Part shown: piece after piece, positions 10,305-20,755 of the stretch
How positions within the stretch are numbered: the first letter of the stretch is position 1
Layout: every line of letters starts with the position of its first letter
NCBI GenBank assembly: GCA_963662795.1
Contig: OY759746.1
Coordinates: forward strand, 3,616,001-3,680,000
Source: Spirochaetia bacterium
GTDB taxonomy: Bacteria; Spirochaetota; Spirochaetia; CADAEX01
Direction: 5' to 3'
DNA: 64,000 nucleotides
Position numbers and translations under genes: made by a program
The notes under the pieces: model-generated
Database searches by the model: none
What the model saw: only the letters and a program-made list of their open reading frames with translations
What the model was told of the DNA's origin: nothing

Positions 10305-11328
10305 GCACAGAAATTCCTAGCGCAAATTGGCAATAGCTTCTTTAGGTGTTATGAAGTCAAGAGTTTTTCTTGGCCTCTCATTCAATAGCCTTGCTACTCG
10401 TGATACATCATACTGCGAAAGCTTTCTGAAATCATCTACTTCATCAAGCATATCACGAATCAAGCCATTTGTGTTTTCACATGTTCCCTTTTCCCAGGGA
10501 GATGCCGGATGGCAAAAGTATACATCAATATTAAGATTTTCTTTGAGTTTTTTGAACTCACTGTTCTCTTTACCCTGATCAAGAGTCAGAGATTTTCTTA
10601 GAAGAGGAGATATCTTCTTAAACCTTTTCTCTATTGTTTTTCTTACTGTATTTGCATCATATGTTTTTAACAGATCAAGCTGGATAAACCTAGTTTTACG
10701 TTCAACTATTACGCAGATTGCTGATTTATGGTCCTTTCCAATGAGAAGATCTCCTTCCCAGTGTCCTGGAACTTTCCGTGAGTTAATTTCAGCAGGCCTT
10801 TCGTCTATAAGGGTAATATCTTTTAATTTACCCCGTTTTTCGTCCTTATTTGCACTCTTTCTTTTCTTTCCTTTGAGTCTTAAATCTTTAAGCGCTAGTT
10901 TTTTAAGCTCTCCCCTCATGTGGAAATGGACATAGTTATAAATTGTTTTATCACTCACTTTATCTGAAGGATAATTTATTTCCAGCCATTTGGCAATTTG
11001 CTGTGGGGACCACCGGAGTTGGAGTTTGGGTTTTATAAGCTGCCATGACTTGTTGTCTATTTTTAATTTGGGGCTCTGATTTTTTCTTTGCCTTAAATGC
11101 TCATACTCTGCAATTAAAGGATTGTAATATCCTTCATCAGTACCGCGTTTTATTTCTCTTGTAATACTTGAAGCTCTTCGGCCAAGATTACTTGCTATTT
11201 GTGATAGCTTTAATCTTTTGGTGTAAATCATCTGAAAAATGGCCATTCTTTCATTGAGATTCATTCTTTTGTAACTCACTTAAAACTCCTGTCACAATAT
11301 TAGTTTATTGCGCTAGGAATTTCTGGCC
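10305..11328 (-). mobile_element. IS30-family insertion sequence, apparently intact
   Basis: Perfect 18-bp inverted repeats CAGAAATTCCTAGCGCAA (10308-10325 / 11308-11325); 2-bp GT direct repeats at 10303-10304 and 11329-11330. Confidence 0.9.
10317..11279 (-). CDS. IS30-family DDE transposase
   Basis: GHWEGDL, LTLDQGKE, FCHPASPWEKGTCENTNGLIR, LNERPRKTL. Confidence 0.95.
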   Translation of the reverse strand: MSYKRMNLNERMAIFQMIYTKRLKLSQIASNLGRRASSITREIKRGTDEGYYNPLIAEYEHLRQRKNQSPKLKIDNKSWQLIKPKLQLRWSPQQIAKWLEINYPSDKVSDKTIYNYVHFHMRGELKKLALKDLRLKGKKRKSANKDEKRGKLKDITLIDERPAEINSRKVPGHWEGDLLIGKDHKSAICVIVERKTRFIQLDLLKTYDANTVRKTIEKRFKKISPLLRKSLTLDQGKENSEFKKLKENLNIDVYFCHPASPWEKGTCENTNGLIRDMLDEVDDFRKLSQYDVSRVARLLNERPRKTLDFITPKEAIANLR

Positions 11329-11429
11329 GTCAGAATTTATAAATACTAAAAGACTATTATTACTACCTGTCAATTCAGATAATATTCCATTCTTTTCCTG
11401 ATTAAATAACAATCCTAAATATTATAATA

Positions 11430-11457
11430 ATTATGAGTCCCCGTAGGGACTCATAAT
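11430..11457 (-). terminator. Probable amtB terminator hairpin
   Basis: 12-bp stem ATTATGAGTCCC-CGTA-GGGACTCATAAT, 40 nt after the amtB stop. Confidence 0.7.
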
Positions 11458-11497
11458 AAATTACAGGTTTTATTAGAGAGCTTATAATTAATCAATT

Positions 11498-12700
11498 CTA
11501 ATTATAAGCATCTTCATCGTGTATTGATTTATCAAGGCCGGCGCCTTCTTCTACTTCAGATACTCTTACCCGTACAATTAGATTTATTGCCCATAGCATT
11601 AGATATGTAAATAAAAACGCATAAACTGAAGCGATTACAACAGTTACAGTCTGTATTAGAAAAAAAGTAGTATTTCCATAAAAAAGTCCACTGTCACCGG
11701 CTGGATTGATAACTGTACTTGCAAAAACTCCAAGAAGAACAGTTCCAGTGAAACCACCAAAGCCATGAACACCCCAGACATCAAGGGCATCATCCCATTT
11801 TAATTTATTTTTTAGTGCAACAGCATAGTAACAGCCCATTCCTGCTATAATACCAATCAATGCAGCTGACCAAGTCGGAACAAAACCGGCAGCAGGCGTT
11901 ATTGTAGCCAGACCGGCTACAGCTCCTGTCATTAATCCTACAAATTTAGGTTTTTTTTCTTTATGCCATTCAATGATCAGCCAAGTAACAGTTGCAAAAG
12001 AAGCAGCAACATCAGTATTAACAAAAGCAAGTGCAGTTATATGATCGACCTGTAATTCACTTCCTGCATTAAATCCATACCAACCAAACCATAACAAGCC
12101 AGTACCGATAGCAACCAGTGGAATACTATTTGGTTTTGATTTCTTATCTTTCCGCTCTCCAACATACAAAACTGATGCCAGAGCGGCAAACCCTGCAGTA
12201 GTATGAACAACAATTCCCCCTGCGAAATCCTTAACTCCCCATGAGGCAAGTATACCACCACCCCAGATCATATGAACAAAAGGATAATATACAAACAACT
12301 GCCACAAAACGAGGAAAAACAAGTATGCCTTAAAAGATACTCTTCCCGTAAACGCACCAGTGATAAGCGCTGGAGTAATAATTGCAAACATCATCTGGTA
12401 GGCAAAAAATACAAATTCAGGAATTGAGCCTTCTCCAAATGGTGTTAGGGCATCTACTCCTTTCAGAAACATTTTATCTATGTTTCCAATTATTGGCCCG
12501 CTACCACTAAAGCATAATGAATAACCAATGGCATACCAAAGCATTGTGGTTATTCCCAAAGATACAAAACTCTGTATCATAATCCCCAGAATATTACGTT
12601 TGGATGTTAATCCACCATAAAAAAATGCTAATCCCGGGGTCATTAGCATTACCAGGCTAGTTGCTACAAGCATAAAACCTGTTGATCCAGTGTTGAACAT
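11498..12700 (-). CDS. amtB: Ammonium transporter
   Basis: MTPGLAFFYGG, DFAGGIVVH, LWFGWYGFNAGS, DDALDVWGVHG (both pore His residues). Confidence 0.96.
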   Translation of the reverse strand: MFNTGSTGFMLVATSLVMLMTPGLAFFYGGLTSKRNILGIMIQSFVSLGITTMLWYAIGYSLCFSGSGPIIGNIDKMFLKGVDALTPFGEGSIPEFVFFAYQMMFAIITPALITGAFTGRVSFKAYLFFLVLWQLFVYYPFVHMIWGGGILASWGVKDFAGGIVVHTTAGFAALASVLYVGERKDKKSKPNSIPLVAIGTGLLWFGWYGFNAGSELQVDHITALAFVNTDVAASFATVTWLIIEWHKEKKPKFVGLMTGAVAGLATITPAAGFVPTWSAALIGIIAGMGCYYAVALKNKLKWDDALDVWGVHGFGGFTGTVLLGVFASTVINPAGDSGLFYGNTTFFLIQTVTVVIASVYAFLFTYLMLWAINLIVRVRVSEVEEGAGLDKSIHDEDAYN

Positions 12701-13082
12701 AAAGTTCCCTCCTTAAATTGACTCAGAAAATCACATGGATCTTTTTTTATCATACGGTATGCGGGAGATAAAAAAATCAGATTTATGCTTTTATTGCAAT
12801 TTGAATTTATTAGCTCATTAATCTATTGTATACTTTGACTCAATTAATGTATTTATAAAATCATTTATTGAAAATATCAGAATAAACCCTATCAAAAAGA
12901 AATCCTATTGATTTTCTGAGTGTTTTTAAAATCACAGTTTGCATACTTTGGCTTGTGATTTTAAACACTTCAATATAACCAACGAATTATTTTAAATCTG
13001 TTTAATATGACCGTCAAGCTAATAAATATATTTTTTCTTTACTTAAGTATTTTTGACTGTACCCTGTAATTTCCCATCAAGG

Positions 13083-14077
13083 TGGGATTACCCCAAAACA
13101 GTAGACACTTGATATACTTAGAAACTAAGGAGTATTAAAGTGCCAAAGAGTCCCTGCACAGAAGAATTTAAAGACGAAATATTGAAGCAAATAAAGAAAG
13201 AAGGACACAGTGTTCTTGAAGTATCAAAAGCAGCAGGAGTAAGTGACGTTACTCTTTATACCTGGCTTAGAAAGGCAGGATGGAAATCTGGTGAGTTCAG
13301 GGATAAGAGGAAATTAATAGAAACAGAAAAAAAATAGAGAATTAAAAGCAGAGATTCGAAAGCTGAAAATGGAGCGTGATATCTTAAAAAAAGCCGCAGC
13401 GTACTTTGCGAAAGAATCCCGGTAAAGTACGCTTTCATTGGGATAACAGGAAAGTGTTTCCAATCCCGCCCTATGTGCAGGATATTTAAAATTAATCCAT
13501 CGGGATTTTACAGATGGTTAAAAACACCAGAATCTCCCAGAATAAAAGAAAATAAAAAACTGACAGAACTAATACGTTTTTATTGGAAAGATAGCGGTCA
13601 AGTATATGGAAGTCCAAATATACATGAAGATCTAAAAGAAGCCGGTTATACCTGTAGTGTTAACAGGGTTGCTCGTTTAATGAAAGAAGCTGGAATAAAA
13701 GGTGCTTACAGGCGGAAACGACATCAAGTTCAATGGGTACCTGGAGAAGTTTATCAAGAAAATACTTTAAGATAGAAAGTTTGCTGTTGATAAACCGAAT
13801 CAAGCCTGGTGTACAGACATCACATATATCCGAACCTATGAAGGCTGGCTTTATCTGGCAGTAGTAATTGATCTATTCAACAGGGGTGTTGTTGGCTGGT
13901 CGATGAAAAGCCATCAGAAAGCAATTATTGTTATGGATACTTTATTTATGGCTGTAAAAAGAAGAAGACCTACAAAGTCTGTTCTTATCCATTCTGATCA
14001 GGGATGCCAATTTACCAGTAAGGATTGGGAAAATTTCTGCGAATCCCATTCTTTAGAAATTAGTATGAGTCGCGAAG
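13083..14077 (+). mobile_element. IS3-family element, degenerate and 3'-truncated
   Basis: Left end TGGGATTACCCC; orfA 13140-13337 broken at an A-run; A7G slippery site near 13386; orfB (YGSP, NRVARLM, WCTDITY, HSDQGCQF) disrupted near 13773 and cut off at the second IS before the last catalytic Glu. Confidence 0.85.
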
Positions 14078-15356
14078 TATAATGAGCCCGGAAATCAAGA
14101 CACAAAAAACGGTATGATTAAGGTGTAAAACCCGCTATACTTTAAGGAGCGGAAAACACAATGAATAAACGACAGAGATTTGACAAGGCATTCAAGGCAA
14201 AAGTAACACAGGATGCTCTTCGCGAGGAACTTACAATTCAGGAAATTGCAAAAAAGTACAACGTTCATCCTAACCAGATCAGCTTATGGAAAAACCAGGC
14301 AATAGAAAGCTTGCCGGAGATTTTTGAAAGACCAAATAAAAAAAGTGAAACAGAGCGAGAAGCCGAGGAAAAATACGATGATGCACTCAAAACGCTTGGC
14401 AAGATGAAGATCGAAAACGAATTTCTAAAAAAAAGTACAAACAACTTTACGGGAGCGATCCCTTCTGATTGAAAGGGCACATGAAAAAATGAGTGTGAAA
14501 AATCAATGTAAAGCTCTCGGCCTGTCAAGGAGTGCAGCTTATTACAGAAAACGATGCTCTCTTGTAGAGAGAGATATTGAGATACTGAAAAAGATAAGAG
14601 AAGTTCTTATCCTCTTGCCTTTTTATGGTTATAGAAAAGTTGCTCTTGAAATTAGAAGCAAAGACTCCTGTGTTTCTCGCGAACAGGTGCGCAGGATAAT
14701 GACAAAAGCAGGACTCAAAGCGATATTCCCTGGAAGGAATATGTCAAAAGCAAGGCATGAACACAAAAAGTATCCATATCTGCTTGCAGGAAAGATTATA
14801 AGATATCCGAATCAGGTTTGGGCGACTGATCTTACATATATCAAAATGCCAAAAGGTCATGTATATCTCATGGCGATTATCGATCTGTATTCAAGAAAGG
14901 TACTTAACTGGATAGTAACTAATACACTTGATGCACAGATATTCGCCAACTGCTTACATGAAACAATTGAAAAGTATGGAGCGCCTGCAATTTTTAATAC
15001 GGATCAGGGATGTCAGTTTACTTCTGAATGCTGGACTGCCGTTCTCCATGAATATGGCATAAGAATAAGCATGGACGGGAAAAATCGCGCAATAGATAAT
15101 ATCTTTGTTGAAAGACTTTGGCGGTCACTTAAGTATGAAGATATTTATATCAAGCGCTATGAGACAGTCCGGGATCTCAAAGAAGGAGTCGCACAATACT
15201 TCAAGTTTTATAACACTGAGCGTTTTCATCAGAATCTCTCTTACAGGACTCCTGATGAAATACATGAATCATTTCAGGCTGTCAGCCTGGCAGAACAGGC
15301 GGCGTGATACACCTTAAACACTCGTCAAAAGTGTGTTGACATAAGGGCGCAGTTTA
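14078..15356 (+). mobile_element. IS3-family element, apparently intact
   Basis: Imperfect terminal IRs TATAATGAGCCC...GACAC and TAAACTGCGCCC...AACAC (reverse complement); orfA/orfB arrangement; no flanking direct repeat. Confidence 0.88.
14161..15307 (+). CDS. IS3 transposase OrfAB, joined by a programmed -1 frameshift (orfA 14161-14472, orfB to 15307)
   Basis: HTH orfA; A8G slippery site 14427-14435; DDE motifs WATDLTY, NTDQGCQF, DNIFVERLWRSLKYE. Confidence 0.9.
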
Positions 15357-15357
15357 A

Positions 15358-15510
15358 ACAGCTGCATCAAGTCATAATCAGATTTTTTCAATTGATACAT
15401 TTAATGCATATGTCCATAATAAAGATTTATCTCCTATATCAACTGATCTAAAAATAACCTGGGATAATTTACAAAATGCTATTATTAATTTATGGATTTT
15501 AATTAAATGA
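15358..15510 (+). pseudogene. C-terminal remnant of a HEPN-like protein coupled to the methylase; 5' part deleted at the IS3 end
   Basis: Open frame TAASSHNQIFSIDTFNAYVHNKDLSPISTDLKITWDNLQNAIINLWILIK*. Its TGA overlaps the methylase ATG (ATGA). Not in the ORF track. Confidence 0.55.
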
Positions 15511-16349
15511 AATACTACTCACCTCTTAGATATCCAGGGGGGAAAGGTAAACTTTTTCCATATATCAAGAATTTATTTGAAAAAAATAATCTTTATAAAA
15601 CTATTTATGTTGAACCTTTTGCTGGTGGTTCATCTTTGGCATTATCGTTATTAATGGAAGAATATACTCCAGAAGTTTATATAAATGATATTGATTTTCA
15701 TATTTATGCATTTTGGTATAACGTAGTTCATGAACCCGATAAATTAATAAAGAATATTTTAAATTGCAAAATAAATATAGAAACATGGTTAAAAGAAAAA
15801 AATATATACTCAAACTATAAGAAACACTCAATAATTGATGTAGGATTTGCTACTTTTTTTTTAAACAGAACAAATCGATCAGGAATTCTAAATGGAGGCA
15901 TTATTGGTGGTAAAAATCAAAATAGTAAATGGAATATTGCAGCTCGCTTTAATAAAAAAGATTTAATTAACCGAATCGAAAGGATAGCTTTATATAGTGA
16001 TCGTATCAATGTTTCCAATTATGATGCATTGCATTTATTCGATCTTGTAGAAAAAAAACAAGATAAATATTTTTATTTTATTGATCCACCGTATTTTATA
16101 AATGGCAAAGATTTGTATTTAAATTTCTACAAAAAAGACGATCATGAGTTATTATGTAAAAAAATATTTACCTTGAATAATAAATGGATTGTAACATATG
16201 ATAATGTACCTGAAATAAATAATATTTATCGTAAATGCAAAAATAAAATTGAATATTCTTTGAACTATAGCGCAAATACAAACAGGAAAGGTAAAGAATT
16301 AATGTTTTTTTCGCCAAAAATGTTAATACCAGATTTTGAATTATTTTAA
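15507..16349 (+). CDS. DNA N6-adenine methyltransferase, Dam/D12 class
   Basis: SPLRYPGGK, EPFAGG SAM-binding motif, FLNRTNRSG, DPPY catalytic motif. Confidence 0.93.
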   Translation: MKYYSPLRYPGGKGKLFPYIKNLFEKNNLYKTIYVEPFAGGSSLALSLLMEEYTPEVYINDIDFHIYAFWYNVVHEPDKLIKNILNCKINIETWLKEKNIYSNYKKHSIIDVGFATFFLNRTNRSGILNGGIIGGKNQNSKWNIAARFNKKDLINRIERIALYSDRINVSNYDALHLFDLVEKKQDKYFYFIDPPYFINGKDLYLNFYKKDDHELLCKKIFTLNNKWIVTYDNVPEINNIYRKCKNKIEYSLNYSANTNRKGKELMFFSPKMLIPDFELF

Positions 16350-16372
16350 CAGAAAAGCTTTTTCAACTATTC

Positions 16373-16808
16373 TTATCGATTAAAATATTTATGTTCTCTT
16401 TCTTTTCTTTTACTTCTTGTCCCATAAATAAAAGCACCCGCAATACCTGCAATACCTGTAATTATTGTAGTAAGGCCCTGCGCACTTTTACCAGTATAAA
16501 TTAAAAAAGTTCCACAAATTATTGCAGTTAAAACTATCAATACAGCACAAAATTGACCGCGAGAAGAATTTTTAATTTCACCAACTATGGCCATTTTTTC
16601 GATTTCCTGACGATGATCACTTTGTGCTTCTGCCATCTTTAATATCCTATCGTGCTGCACCTGGTAATATATCTTCATATTTTCCGAATTCGGCTGATGG
16701 AGGTAAAGGACCTTGATATTGCATACTTACATTTCGCTGTGATGTGTTTTGCATTCTTTCCAATTTAATTGTTCTATCAATTTGTTTTTGAATCTTATTT
16801 TTTGGCAT
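16373..16808 (-). pseudogene. DUF2335-like membrane protein with a 1-bp frameshift
   Basis: The upstream frame MPKNKIQ...YQGPLPPSAEFGKYEDILPGAA joins DRILKMAEAQSDHRQEIE plus two TM helices if one base near 16653 is removed. Confidence 0.75.
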
Positions 16809-17005
16809 TAAGCTTTAGAAAATTCTTTAAAAGCCTTCTCTATATCATTACCTATAGCTTTAAAATCATTCTCAATTGCAATTCTATCAGCAATTTCCGG
16901 TGATATACTATAATTTCTTTCTATCAAAGTAGCACCTATGTCAAATACAGATGCTATTCCACTTAAATAACTTGGCATTGAGAATAAAAAATCTGTATTC
17001 CCCAT
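16808..17005 (-). CDS. Small hypothetical protein coupled to the DUF2335-like gene
   Basis: SD AAGGGG; PSYLSGIASVFD...DRIAIENDFKAIGNDI; stop overlaps the next start (TAATG). Confidence 0.7.
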   Translation of the reverse strand: MGNTDFLFSMPSYLSGIASVFDIGATLIERNYSISPEIADRIAIENDFKAIGNDIEKAFKEFSKA

Positions 17006-17144
17006 TTATTTACCCCTTAAATAGTTCTAATATAAATATAATCCTCTGAATATTATTGTCAAGAGATTACGATTAAACAGTATATCTTAATAATCGGTTC
17101 AATTAAACACTTAAAGAACATTTTTACAAGGGATATTTTAATTT

Positions 17145-18272
17145 TTACCCTGTTTTCACGAATTCAAGCACATTACTCTTCCCGCTGTAAATCTCATCAA
17201 TCTTGTCAGCAACAACTAAAAGATTCTCCGGGTTAATATGAGTATAAAGCGCCTGTGTATCCCTGTTTTTATCTGTTCAGCCCAGATATTTCTTGACATA
17301 GAGTTCCGGACTGCCGGCAAGCAGGAGATTTGTATTAAGGGAGTGCCGGAAGCTGTGAGGAGAGATATTTCGACCGTCAATATCAATCTCGAAAGCGGCC
17401 ATGGAGCGCCTGAAATTATTCCTCCACCAAGTCTCCCCTGTCCGCCGGGTGTTATCATGGAATATATACCTGAAGGACCCTTTCTCCGGAAGATTTAATA
17501 AAACAGATGCAGCAAGAGGAATTTCAACCGACATCCCCCATTTAACGTCTCCGGAGCATTTTTCCGACTTCTTCCAGGCACGGTCGATATTGCAGTATTT
17601 TCCCTCAATCTGTTCCCATTCGAGAGCGAGGATCTCCGATGCGCGTCGGACGGTAAAGGCTGCAAAACGGAAAAGCTGATATGCAATACGTGACGGCCAT
17701 TTATCCGGATCCGAAAACAGGTGTAAAATCTCTTCAGAAAAGAAAAATCCTCGTTCTTTGGCATTATATTTTATATCACTGATATGTGTCGCCGGATTAT
17801 TCTTAATATCTCCTCGGTAATGTGCTTCAGAAAAAATTGAAGAAACAGCTTTTATAACTTTATTTACAGTATTATGTTTTCCAGCATTTTTTGAAATAAG
17901 AATGTCGCGCAGATCAATAATATCTCCCCTGGTTATTTCCCCCATGCTAAAATCAGCAAATTTCTCCGGATAGACATATTTTTTAATCAATCTGGCAAGA
18001 TCTTCACAATAACGCAGTCCATATTTTTTACCTTCTGCAGAATATCTTTTTCGCCTGGGATTTGTTTCATATACCAGATATTGCGCTGAATATGCCTTGA
18101 AATTGATTATAGAACACTTTGTAAGAGAATTTATAAATTCAATAATAAAATCATTTGCTTTACCTTTTTTTGAAGTTCCGCATGATTTCTTTCTTCTTTT
18201 ACCAGAAGCTGGATCTACATAATAAAAGAATAAGTTTGAAGAGCCTTCTCGACAGATTGGTCTGGGATACAT
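17145..18272 (-). pseudogene. Tyrosine integrase with an in-frame nonsense codon
   Basis: RRASEIL and HSFRHS motifs. YLG-TGA at 17277-17279 is followed in frame by TDKNRDTQALYTH... (catalytic Tyr) to TAA at 17145. Confidence 0.88.
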
Positions 18273-18333
18273 TTAAAATTCCTTGATACCACTTTGATAC
18301 CAGTCCAACTCCCATGACCATTATATAAAAAAA

Positions 18334-18358
18334 TAAGTCATTGCATTGCAATGACTTA
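18334..18358. repeat. Palindrome between the tRNA 3' end and the integrase (terminator or att-associated)
   Basis: TAAGTCATTGCA-T-TGCAATGACTTA. Confidence 0.6.
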
Positions 18359-18359
18359 G

Positions 18360-18434
<75 letters not shown>

Positions 18435-18451
18435 TTACAAAATGGACAATA

Positions 18452-19327
18452 TCATATTGTTTTTTCGATGTCAATAATATCGTTAAAAATATTTTTTTGT
18501 TTTTCAATATCCTTAAGCCGTGCGTTTATGTCATTGAGTTTCCGGTTTAATGTCTCGATTGTTTTCATTATCTTCTTTTTCTCTGAAACAAGTCTTGCAG
18601 AAACATCGTTAGATGGATCTTCAGATTCTCCTGCAGATAAACCGCCGGGAAATTCATCCCGGTTCCCCGCAAGAACTGATTTTACATAATCAGGACTCTC
18701 TCTGTTTATAAAAAGTTTTTCAGCTTCAGTCCTTTTTTCCGGAATTTTAACTGCTGCTACGGTTTTCATGTTTTCAAAACCGATTTCAGGGGATATATCA
18801 AGTCCGTATACGCTTATAAGGGCTGATGCGATATGCCGGTGAATGCCAAGTTCCCTGTCTGTATAGTCGTCAAAGCTCAGGTGCCGTTCAATACACATGT
18901 TTTTGGCTTTTGAAAGAAGCCCGCCCAGTTCTTTCATCAGTTCCCCGTTTTTTTTAATGTATTCTTCCCTTATTTTTCTGGTAAATAATGTAAATTCTTC
19001 GTCACTTTTAAAAGCGTTTCTGTAAATATTCTTTTCTTCTGCTTTTTTAAGCAGATTATGAAGAATTGCCCAGAACTCTCTTGTATGGCACCGGCCGGAA
19101 ACAGGAGTTCCAGTACTTGAACAATGAACATGGTGGGCAAATTCATGTATTGCAGTATACATGGTGTCGTTATCCCCTTTCATATTCCTGTTGTGGATTA
19201 TAATTTCCCGTGACTGAGGTTTATAAAGTCCGTCAACCTTGCGGCTTTGTTTGCCTGACAGAATAACTGTAAAATCAGGTGTATCTGCCAGCTTCTGAAG
19301 ATTTTCCTTTATCTGTTGCTGATTCAT
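18452..19327 (-). CDS. Hypothetical protein with an HExxH zincin (SprT-like) motif and a C-terminal coiled coil
   Basis: GLYKP...IIIHN...AIHEFAHHVH...HTREFW. Confidence 0.7.
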   Translation of the reverse strand: MNQQQIKENLQKLADTPDFTVILSGKQSRKVDGLYKPQSREIIIHNRNMKGDNDTMYTAIHEFAHHVHCSSTGTPVSGRCHTREFWAILHNLLKKAEEKNIYRNAFKSDEEFTLFTRKIREEYIKKNGELMKELGGLLSKAKNMCIERHLSFDDYTDRELGIHRHIASALISVYGLDISPEIGFENMKTVAAVKIPEKRTEAEKLFINRESPDYVKSVLAGNRDEFPGGLSAGESEDPSNDVSARLVSEKKKIMKTIETLNRKLNDINARLKDIEKQKNIFNDIIDIEKTI

Positions 19328-19333
19328 AAATAT

Positions 19334-20731
19334 CTAATTATCAAGTGAAAGCCCGGAATAGACAGCCTTATGAAGCCCTGTGATAAAGATATCATCATTG
19401 TTGATATCCCTTAAAAGCTTGATAGAAGCCCGCTCCTGAGCCTGGTCCCAGGTAAGCCCTACCTCCCTGTATTCCTTAGTTTCATATGAATAAATATTAC
19501 TTCCTTCCTTCATCAGGGATATTGAAGCTTTTACATTTGTTATATATAGGCCATGGGTGTTTTCAGGAAGATTTCTGAAATACATGGTAAAAATTATTGA
19601 GTGTTTTTCTTCTCCTGTCCCTGATGAAAGACGAAGAGCAAGTTCTTTCCTGGAAAAAAGCGCTTTAACTGAATCGGGAAGACTTTCTATTTCAGCATCG
19701 CCAATAACAACAAGTTTAAGTAAAACACTTACCTGATTCATTATTGCTGACAATTCTTTCCTTGGAACTGATACCTTTTTCCTGAATCCTTCCGGATTTA
19801 TACCTGCATTTTGCATGGAAATTACAGCATATATTGTGTTTTTACCTGCCGGCAGAAGATTAAAACCGGCTTTTCCGGAAAATTTACCATCCTTATCTGT
19901 CGTAACCTCAGTAAGCCTGACACCGTCAGTCTTGTTGATAAAATCAATTGTAAGCGGTCCCGGAGTGCGTCCGTTTTTATCAACTACAGTTATTGCAATA
20001 TCTTCAAGTCTTCCCGGTTCAGTTACAATTACCTCCGGTTCAACATGGAGAACGATTCCTGACAATACTTTTGAAATATTTTCTTCAAGCAGATCTATTA
20101 AAATACCCTCTTCGCCATTGACAGTTGTATTTATTGTCCCTTCGTATGGGGATTCTGCAACAAGCTGCCAGCCTTTTCCTAAAGACGAGAGGATTTCAAA
20201 ATCACTTGAATCCGGTGATAAAAGGACAGGCGATATAACACCAATTACACGGGTGGCAATTTCTTCCTTTTCCTTCCTCTGTATTTCTGCCCATCTTGCT
20301 TTCGAGATTCTGTAATAAAACCAGGAACCTGAAACTTCAGAAAACCAGGAATCAAAAACCTCGATCTCCTTGAAATTCCTGCTTACAGACTGATTTATCT
20401 GCAGTTCTGTTGATTGAAAGGATTTTCCCTCAGAATCTTCTTTTACGGTAAAATCCTGAGTGCTTTTAATATTAACAGATATTGCTGCTGCAAGAGCGTT
20501 TAATGCCTTTGATTTGGCCAATTCATAGTCTGCTGACTGATTACCTGTATTTGAAGATCCTATCCCTATAAAATATTCACTATCAACAGGATAGTTGTCG
20601 ATCCATACAGGGCGGGCTTCCTGATCGGCAGGTTTTTTGGAAACCCCTGACGTTGTCACAATACAACTGTTTAATAAAAAGGCTGTTGAAATGAGTATTC
20701 CAAAAAAGTAAGCAGTTTTTCCTGAAAACAT
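19334..20731 (-). CDS. LPP20-family lipoprotein
   Basis: Lipobox FLLNSC; RPVWI...YFIGIGSS...AKSKALNALA pattern. Confidence 0.75.
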   Translation of the reverse strand: MFSGKTAYFFGILISTAFLLNSCIVTTSGVSKKPADQEARPVWIDNYPVDSEYFIGIGSSNTGNQSADYELAKSKALNALAAAISVNIKSTQDFTVKEDSEGKSFQSTELQINQSVSRNFKEIEVFDSWFSEVSGSWFYYRISKARWAEIQRKEKEEIATRVIGVISPVLLSPDSSDFEILSSLGKGWQLVAESPYEGTINTTVNGEEGILIDLLEENISKVLSGIVLHVEPEVIVTEPGRLEDIAITVVDKNGRTPGPLTIDFINKTDGVRLTEVTTDKDGKFSGKAGFNLLPAGKNTIYAVISMQNAGINPEGFRKKVSVPRKELSAIMNQVSVLLKLVVIGDAEIESLPDSVKALFSRKELALRLSSGTGEEKHSIIFTMYFRNLPENTHGLYITNVKASISLMKEGSNIYSYETKEYREVGLTWDQAQERASIKLLRDINNDDIFITGLHKAVYSGLSLDN

Positions 20732-20755
20732 ATAATTCCCCTTTAAATCATGGAG

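Noticed and set aside
17277-17279. In-frame TGA in the integrase as selenocysteine or a recoded Trp
   Set aside because: The position is normally Trp/His rather than Cys, and TGA is a normal stop in many genes here. A nonsense mutation is simpler.
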